Below, piece after piece: positions 58,351 to 64,000 of a stretch of 64,000 nt of DNA (positions within the stretch are counted from its first letter, which is position 1; each line of letters opens with the position of its first letter). The stretch lies in the NCBI GenBank assembly GCA_016186955.1, contig JACPKP010000009.1, positions 225,595-289,594 on the forward strand, read 5' to 3'. This DNA comes from Candidatus Daviesbacteria bacterium (lineage in GTDB: Bacteria > Patescibacteriota > Microgenomatia > Daviesbacterales > UBA10151). The notes below the pieces were generated by a model. The model was not told the origin of the DNA. It saw only the letters and a list, made by a program, of their open reading frames with translations, and made no database searches. The position numbers and the translations under genes are program-made.

Positions 58351-59907
58351 ATGATTAATCAATTTAACGAAACACCACTCCGGTGTACATTGGAGCGGTT
58401 TCTTTCCAAAAAGATGTTTTTTAGAGTGATTTTAGTTTTTTATCTTTTTGCTTGCTTGGTTTTTTACCCCTTTTATAAATATCAAATTAATGTTGATGCA
58501 ATAGCCTACCTCTCCATTAGCAAAAAATATTTAAACGCAGATTTTTACAATGCCGTTAATGGTTACTGGAGTCCCCTTTTATCAATAACTTATCTACCAT
58601 TTTTAGCAATCGGATTGGATCAGCTTGAGGTTACCAAATTAACTTCTATTATATTTGGAGCGGTAGTTCTATTTTTATTAAAGAAAATCTTAGGCACATT
58701 AAAAATAGAATTAAAATATACCAACCTTTTATTACTTTCTTTAGTACCGACGATTATTTATTTTGGTTATACAGTGATCAGCCCTGATTTACTTTTTTTG
58801 GCCATTTTTACTATTTATATTTTTTTAATTCTTTCAAAAAAGTATTTAAAAAGTTATAAGCATTCTGTTCTGATTGGCTTGATAGGATCACTTTTGTATC
58901 TTACAAAATCATTTGGGTTTATTTTCTTTATAGCGCATTTTACCCTTGTTAACTTAGTTTTTTTTATTTCTTTTAAGCAAAAAAGAAGATTAATAAAGTC
59001 TGTTTTATTTGCTTTTCTAACCTTTTGCGTTATCAGCGGAATTTGGATAATAATTATCTCCAATAAATACGGTTATTTAACATTTGGAACATCAGCTAAA
59101 CATAACCATGCAATTATAGGACCTAAACTATATCCCCGACCCTTTTTTGATAATAGAATTTTTATTCCTCCTAACGCCACTGCTTTGACTGCCAGCGAAG
59201 ACCCCTCATATTTGGAAATTGAGGATTGGAATTCTATCTCCTCCCTATGGAATTTAAAGTACCAATTCTTTATTTTTAGAAATAATTTATTGAGAGCATT
59301 AATTTTACTGAGCACTTTATCAATATTTATGGTTCCGATTTTTCTGCTAGCTCTATATAAAATGTATACTTTCAGGGAAAGAATTAAAAATAACCCTAAT
59401 TTACTTTTATTGACCCTCAGCGGATTTATGTACCCTTTACTTTATTCAAATATATTAGTTGAGGAGAGATATTTATGGCCGGTATCCGTTGTTGGAGCAA
59501 TTCTGTTTTTTTTATTTTTTAAAAAAATTAGATCCTTCTTTTTAACCCTATTCTTAATAAGTTTGGTTATTTATCCTACTTCAGAGCTATATAAAAATAT
59601 TAACTCCGGAAAACAGTATTATCAGCTAGCCCAAGAAGTTGGAAAGTTAAATTTAGGAAAATTTAATTTTGCGTCAAACAATTCAGTTGCTAATTCTCAA
59701 TTTATAGCCTTTTATAACAAATCAAGGTATTTCGGAAAATTAGGAGATTTTAAGGATAGACCTCTTTTGGTTCAAATGTTGAAATCTTATGGCATAAATT
59801 ATTACTTTGTTTGGGAGGAGAATAAAATGAAAAATAAACTCAAAGGGTTTTTACCAGAGATTAATCAAAATAAAATTCCAGAATTAAAAATTTATAAAGT
59901 GAATTAA
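58351..59907 (+). CDS. GT-C-like multi-TM membrane protein
   Basis: NVDAIAYLSIS..Y, NGYWSPL, SPDLL, LTK and ERYLWP motifs. Confidence 0.7.
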   Translation: MINQFNETPLRCTLERFLSKKMFFRVILVFYLFACLVFYPFYKYQINVDAIAYLSISKKYLNADFYNAVNGYWSPLLSITYLPFLAIGLDQLEVTKLTSIIFGAVVLFLLKKILGTLKIELKYTNLLLLSLVPTIIYFGYTVISPDLLFLAIFTIYIFLILSKKYLKSYKHSVLIGLIGSLLYLTKSFGFIFFIAHFTLVNLVFFISFKQKRRLIKSVLFAFLTFCVISGIWIIIISNKYGYLTFGTSAKHNHAIIGPKLYPRPFFDNRIFIPPNATALTASEDPSYLEIEDWNSISSLWNLKYQFFIFRNNLLRALILLSTLSIFMVPIFLLALYKMYTFRERIKNNPNLLLLTLSGFMYPLLYSNILVEERYLWPVSVVGAILFFLFFKKIRSFFLTLFLISLVIYPTSELYKNINSGKQYYQLAQEVGKLNLGKFNFASNNSVANSQFIAFYNKSRYFGKLGDFKDRPLLVQMLKSYGINYYFVWEENKMKNKLKGFLPEINQNKIPELKIYKVN

Positions 59908-59938
59908 TAATAGTATAATCAGACAAATTTTAAACTAG

Positions 59939-61378
59939 ATGAATATTGGCAAAAAGAAAAAGGTAGTGATTATTGGAGCTGGTCCAGCCGGGCTTGCTGC
60001 AGCATATGAATTTTTAAGACAGGATCAGTTAAGTAAGTTTAAAATAGAGATCTATGAGATGGATTCCCAAGTGGGGGGATTAGCAAAGACATTATATTAC
60101 AAGGGATACAGGTTTGATTTAGGTGGGCACAGGTTTTATACAAAATTCCCTGAAATTAATAATTTCTACAAAAATTTTTTAAAAAGGGATATGTTGGTTA
60201 GGAAAAGGCTATCCAGAATATATTATGATAAAAAATTTTATAATTATCCGCTTTTAGCCAGTAATGCCCTTAAAAATTTAGGGATTAAAAAGTCAATAAA
60301 AATTATTTTAAGTTGGATAAAACGCCAGTTTAATAAATATAAAGATGAATTTACTTTTGACCAATGGGTCGCAAATAGATTTGGTGATGAGTTGTTTAAA
60401 ATTTTCTTTAAATCATATACAGAAAAAGTTTGGGGTATAAAAACTTCAAAATTATCTGCTGATTGGGCTGCCCAAAGAATTCAAAATTTCACCTTATCGA
60501 AAGCAATTTTGAATGCATTATTCCAATTTAACACCGGCTCCAAAACTATAATAAAAAAATTTTATTATCCCAAATATGGTCCTGGAATGCTTTATGAGAG
60601 AATAAAATCCCTGCTTGAAAAAAATAATGTTAAGATTTTTTTAAACCATGAAATTACAGGTTTTAATCTTTCGGCAAATAACGTTGGTAGTATTAATATT
60701 CAGGATAATTTAAAAAAGAAAATAAAAAAAGTAAAAACAGATGTTATTGTTTCCACAATGCCTTTTGATAAACTGGTTAGTTACCTTAACCCTCCGAAAA
60801 ATGTAAAAGTACAAATAAGCAAATTGAAGTTCAGAAATTTTATAGCTGTTAATTTAATTGTTAAGTCAAACCCGTTTCCCGACCAATGGATTTACATACA
60901 TGACCCTAATGTTAAAGTTGGGAGGATACAAAATTTTAAGAACTGGAGCCCCTTCATGATAAAGGAAGGCAAAAAGAATACTGCTATTGGTATGGAATAT
61001 TTTTCTTCCGAAGGCGATGATCTTTGGCAAATGGCAGATGAAGAAATTATAAACTTGGCAAAACAGGAAATTGAAGAAATAGGCTTGATCCAAAAAAATG
61101 ATATTGAAGATGCTTTTGTCTGTCGTGCACGAAATGCGTATCCTATTTATGATTTTAATTATCAAATTCCCCTTAAAGCAGCTAAAAATTTTATTTCCAA
61201 GTTTTCTCAAATTTACCCATGTGGAAGAGGTGGGCTTTTTAGGTACAATAACCAAGACCATTCCATATTGGCAGGATTTTATACTGCAAGAAATATTATT
61301 GCAGGCAAAATTGTTAATGATGTTTGGGGACTTAATGAGAGCGATAATTATTTAGAGGAAAAAACAAAGAAAAGTTAA
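59939..61378 (+). CDS. FAD-dependent oxidoreductase, UDP-galactopyranose mutase-like
   Basis: GAGPAGL, GGLA.T, FDLGGHRF, YTEKVWG, YPKYGPG, AYP.Y and GR.G...YNNQDHS motifs. Confidence 0.7.
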   Translation: MNIGKKKKVVIIGAGPAGLAAAYEFLRQDQLSKFKIEIYEMDSQVGGLAKTLYYKGYRFDLGGHRFYTKFPEINNFYKNFLKRDMLVRKRLSRIYYDKKFYNYPLLASNALKNLGIKKSIKIILSWIKRQFNKYKDEFTFDQWVANRFGDELFKIFFKSYTEKVWGIKTSKLSADWAAQRIQNFTLSKAILNALFQFNTGSKTIIKKFYYPKYGPGMLYERIKSLLEKNNVKIFLNHEITGFNLSANNVGSINIQDNLKKKIKKVKTDVIVSTMPFDKLVSYLNPPKNVKVQISKLKFRNFIAVNLIVKSNPFPDQWIYIHDPNVKVGRIQNFKNWSPFMIKEGKKNTAIGMEYFSSEGDDLWQMADEEIINLAKQEIEEIGLIQKNDIEDAFVCRARNAYPIYDFNYQIPLKAAKNFISKFSQIYPCGRGGLFRYNNQDHSILAGFYTARNIIAGKIVNDVWGLNESDNYLEEKTKKS

Positions 61379-61389
61379 TTTTTGGGTAT

Positions 61390-62562
61390 TTAAATTGTCC
61401 TGGATGTAATTCGGGTAAACTTTGATTTTAATTTTAAAAACCAAATCTCGTACATATAATAAGACAATAAACCGAAAATGACTGTAAGCATAAATGCTAA
61501 AGTCACCATGAGGATTTTTTTATCATTTCCAGGCAGTAAGCTGGCTACTAAATCAATAGCAAGTATATGCCATACATACAACCCATAGCTGATTTTTCCC
61601 AAAAAAGTGAAAGGCTTAAATTTTAAGAATCCACCTATACCATCTTTTTTGATGGTGGTATAGACAAAATAGACCATGAACATACCTATAACTAAGTAGC
61701 CTAAAGTGACATTTAATATCTGGTTAGGATCAAAAAGGTAAACTTTATAAAGAATAATTGCTAAAATTACCATACAAAATATTCGAAATTTGAAGCCTAT
61801 AAATTTGTTAATGAAAATTAAAAGATTTGGTCTATAATGCAATATTGCAGCTAGGATTGCACCTGAGGTTAGGGTATCAATTCTCGCCAGCGTATTGGTA
61901 TATATTCCGGGGTGAGACACACCAGTTGCTGATAGATACAGCCTTGTAATAATTGATAACAAAATGACCAAAAACCCTGTTATGAAGGTAGTTTTAATAT
62001 TTTTAACAAATAACAATATGATTGGCCAGATGAAATAGAATTGTTCCTCTAAAGAAATAGTCCAAAGGTGTGATATGTTTGTAAAATTACTGTATCCATT
62101 TAATGAAACTACCCAATTTCCAAGAAATAATAAATAATACGGTAAAGATTTATTGATCTCTAATTGGTACGCTAGATTTGAAAAGTCTTGGCCAAATAAA
62201 TTATGTAAAATAAAGGGTATGAAGAAAAAACCTACCATGAGAGCCAAATAATAAAGAGGCCAAATTCGCAGAGCCCGTCTCATCCAGAAATTCTTCAGTG
62301 AAAAACTTCCGAATTTTTCCCGTTCTTTTAGCAATAAATTTGTAATTAAAAAACCGCTTAATACAAAAAAAAGGTCAACACCGACCCAACCGTTTTTTTG
62401 AATAATGACAAGAAAAAAATTTATAAAAAGATTATTACTGCTAATATTCAGCAGGGAATGGTGAAGAAAAACTATCAGAAATGCAAAAAACCTTAACCCA
62501 TCCAAAGATGGATAATAAAAACTTTGACCAACGGGGTTGACAGGTAGTTTAGTTTTTGACAT
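61390..62562 (-). CDS. Acyltransferase family 3 (OafA-like O-acetyltransferase)
   Basis: SLDGLR, GVDLFFVLSGFLIT, RRALRIWP.Y, HLWTISLEEQFY and GKISYGLYVWH motifs. Confidence 0.9.
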   Translation of the reverse strand: MSKTKLPVNPVGQSFYYPSLDGLRFFAFLIVFLHHSLLNISSNNLFINFFLVIIQKNGWVGVDLFFVLSGFLITNLLLKEREKFGSFSLKNFWMRRALRIWPLYYLALMVGFFFIPFILHNLFGQDFSNLAYQLEINKSLPYYLLFLGNWVVSLNGYSNFTNISHLWTISLEEQFYFIWPIILLFVKNIKTTFITGFLVILLSIITRLYLSATGVSHPGIYTNTLARIDTLTSGAILAAILHYRPNLLIFINKFIGFKFRIFCMVILAIILYKVYLFDPNQILNVTLGYLVIGMFMVYFVYTTIKKDGIGGFLKFKPFTFLGKISYGLYVWHILAIDLVASLLPGNDKKILMVTLAFMLTVIFGLLSYYMYEIWFLKLKSKFTRITSRTI

Positions 62563-62580
62563 ATTAACTTTAATTATTCA

Positions 62581-63192
62581 ATGATCAAGTCAATTAAATC
62601 AGCAATAGACTCCATTTGGGAAGTACCCATTTTTTATAAACTCCTGCAAGCTACTTTAGCAGGCGGGGGACATTCAACTATAAAAAAATATCTTAAAAAA
62701 CAGATACCTAAAAACACTAAAAGTATTTTGGATCAAGGTTGCGGCACCGGAGAGTATTCGCTGCTTTTTAATGATGAATATACCGGATTAGATAATAGCG
62801 TAAAAGATATTAAACATGCAAAAGAGAGATACCATAGTAATTTTATAGTTGGGACTGCAGCTAAAATGCCTTTTAAAAATAACAGCTTTGATGTTATTTT
62901 TGCAGTTGGGTTGCATCATCATCTTTCTGATGGATTAGCCAAAAAAGCAATTCTGGAATCACTCAGGGTTTGTAAAAATTTAGGGAAAATTATAATAATA
63001 GATGCTATGTTGCCTAAATCCCCTTTAAATCTGATAGGACTGGTTTTAAGAAAATTGGATAGGGGAGGACATGTCAGAAAAGCAGAGGATACACTCAAGC
63101 TTTTACCCAAAGGATTAATTTTTAAACATGAAATAATTTCCAGCTTCCCTTTTGATTATTTAACTATTGTTTTTCAAAACACTAAAGCTTGA
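62581..63192 (+). CDS. Class I SAM-dependent methyltransferase
   Basis: ILDQGCGTG, GLD, FD.IF..GLHHH and DRG motifs. Confidence 0.85.
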   Translation: MIKSIKSAIDSIWEVPIFYKLLQATLAGGGHSTIKKYLKKQIPKNTKSILDQGCGTGEYSLLFNDEYTGLDNSVKDIKHAKERYHSNFIVGTAAKMPFKNNSFDVIFAVGLHHHLSDGLAKKAILESLRVCKNLGKIIIIDAMLPKSPLNLIGLVLRKLDRGGHVRKAEDTLKLLPKGLIFKHEIISSFPFDYLTIVFQNTKA

Positions 63193-64000
63193 AAAGTTTC
63201 ATACTGCCTTGTTGGTACAAAATTTGTTTATTTTGCATATTAGGTAGCTGGTATATTTCCTCCAGTGGAGATGCACTCATAAGATGATGCTCACAATGTC
63301 CCTGCAGAACAGACCTTTCATTATAAACGTTTACTTCACCGGCATTACTGTAAAACAAAACTGCCTCTCCAGGCATATCATATATCCATAAGCAGTTTTT
63401 TCCGGGTAAACTTTTATAAAATAGTGCGACCGGTTTTGTATTCCAGTGGTAGGGAACAATTTTGGGAAACCTGAGATAAAAAGCAAATAGGCTCAGAAAA
63501 AGCCCTAAACATAAAAGCGTAATAGGTTTTTTAGAGGGGATATTCCAAATTAAAACAAAAAACCCTAAAAATGTCACGACAAAACCATAAATTAACCCGA
63601 TTGTATTAGTTGTTTCCAAAAATACCGGGATTGCAGCCAGGATAATAATCAGTGATAAGCGGGTTAATCTGTTTCGCTGTTTTAAATAATCAGCGGTAGA
63701 GAGATAAATATATACAGAAATTATTGGAACTAGGGGTAGGACATACCACCAAATCTTACTGGAAGGCAATGAAAAAGCGATTAGCCCTCCAAAAAGGTAA
63801 GAAAGCAGTGCGCCCCTGATCCAGCTAATCTTAAAATTTACAGAATCATAAATTAGTAAGGCAAGAAACAGACTCCACCCCGGGCGCAGTGATTCCCACC
63901 ACCATCTGATATACCAGAATATTGGCGCTTTTTGATGGATATCAATTATTGAGGCAGAGCTGAGGGCAAAGCCTGATGATACTAAAATGACGTTGGCAAA
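63182..64000 (-). CDS. ArnT-like GT-C membrane protein, 5'-truncated by the window edge
   Basis: The frame stays open up to 64000 (FANVILV...HQKAPIFWY...SKIWWYVLP); the H..P..Y and K..WY.LP motifs are ArnT-like. Confidence 0.65.
   Translation of the reverse strand, partial: FANVILVSSGFALSSASIIDIHQKAPIFWYIRWWWESLRPGWSLFLALLIYDSVNFKISWIRGALLSYLFGGLIAFSLPSSKIWWYVLPLVPIISVYIYLSTADYLKQRNRLTRLSLIIILAAIPVFLETTNTIGLIYGFVVTFLGFFVLIWNIPSKKPITLLCLGLFLSLFAFYLRFPKIVPYHWNTKPVALFYKSLPGKNCLWIYDMPGEAVLFYSNAGEVNVYNERSVLQGHCEHHLMSASPLEEIYQLPNMQNKQILYQQGSMKLFKL

Noticed and set aside
100-63110. Numerous short (60-165 aa) antisense or alternate-frame ORFs in the ORF track
   Set aside because: They lie inside or largely overlap well-supported genes and carry no recognisable motifs; they are expected shadow ORFs.
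1-64000. CRISPR arrays, tRNA/rRNA genes, integrases, transposases, defence systems or stop-codon reassignment
   Set aside because: No repeat-spacer periodicity or RNA-gene signature was seen. The window is almost fully tiled by code-11 CDS, and TGA functions as a stop in many ATGA overlaps.

Overview
The whole 64 kb is one AT-rich, gene-dense cell-surface glycan biosynthesis and modification locus of about 60 CDS in genetic code 11. I found no rRNA, tRNA, CRISPR array or intact transposase. The many ArnT/PMT-like (GT-C) membrane glycosyltransferases, the DUF2304+GT2 pair and the leaderless-type promoters suggest a Patescibacteria (CPR, Microgenomates-like) genome; that assignment is an inference. 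Layout: (1) a mostly + strand block (1-28276) of GT-C/GT2/GT4 transferases, methyltransferases, Wzm/Wzt and NDP-sugar enzymes; (2) a mostly - strand block (28297-51938) of precursor pathways; (3) a mixed-strand block of GT-C proteins and glycan-decorating enzymes (51957-64000). The highlight is in block 2: an apparently complete O-methyl phosphoramidate (MeOPN) pathway of the Campylobacter Cj1415-Cj1419 type, with the Cj1417- and Cj1416-like domains fused. A sulfotransferase-fold protein is coupled to it and is a candidate new phosphoramidate transferase. Around it lie a GDP-heptose toolkit (HddA, HddC, Cj1427-like, DmhA/Gmd-like, several Fcl-like enzymes), a ColD-like C3 dehydratase and a stand-alone TPP E1 alpha/beta pair, which together suggest a branched deoxy-sugar. 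Smaller oddities: a 78-nt in-frame palindromic insert in the first gene, an in-frame deletion of the catalytic motif in a dehydrogenase-epimerase fusion, an IS605-end-like relic, and compact bidirectional promoters. All family assignments come from motif recognition by eye, not from database searches.
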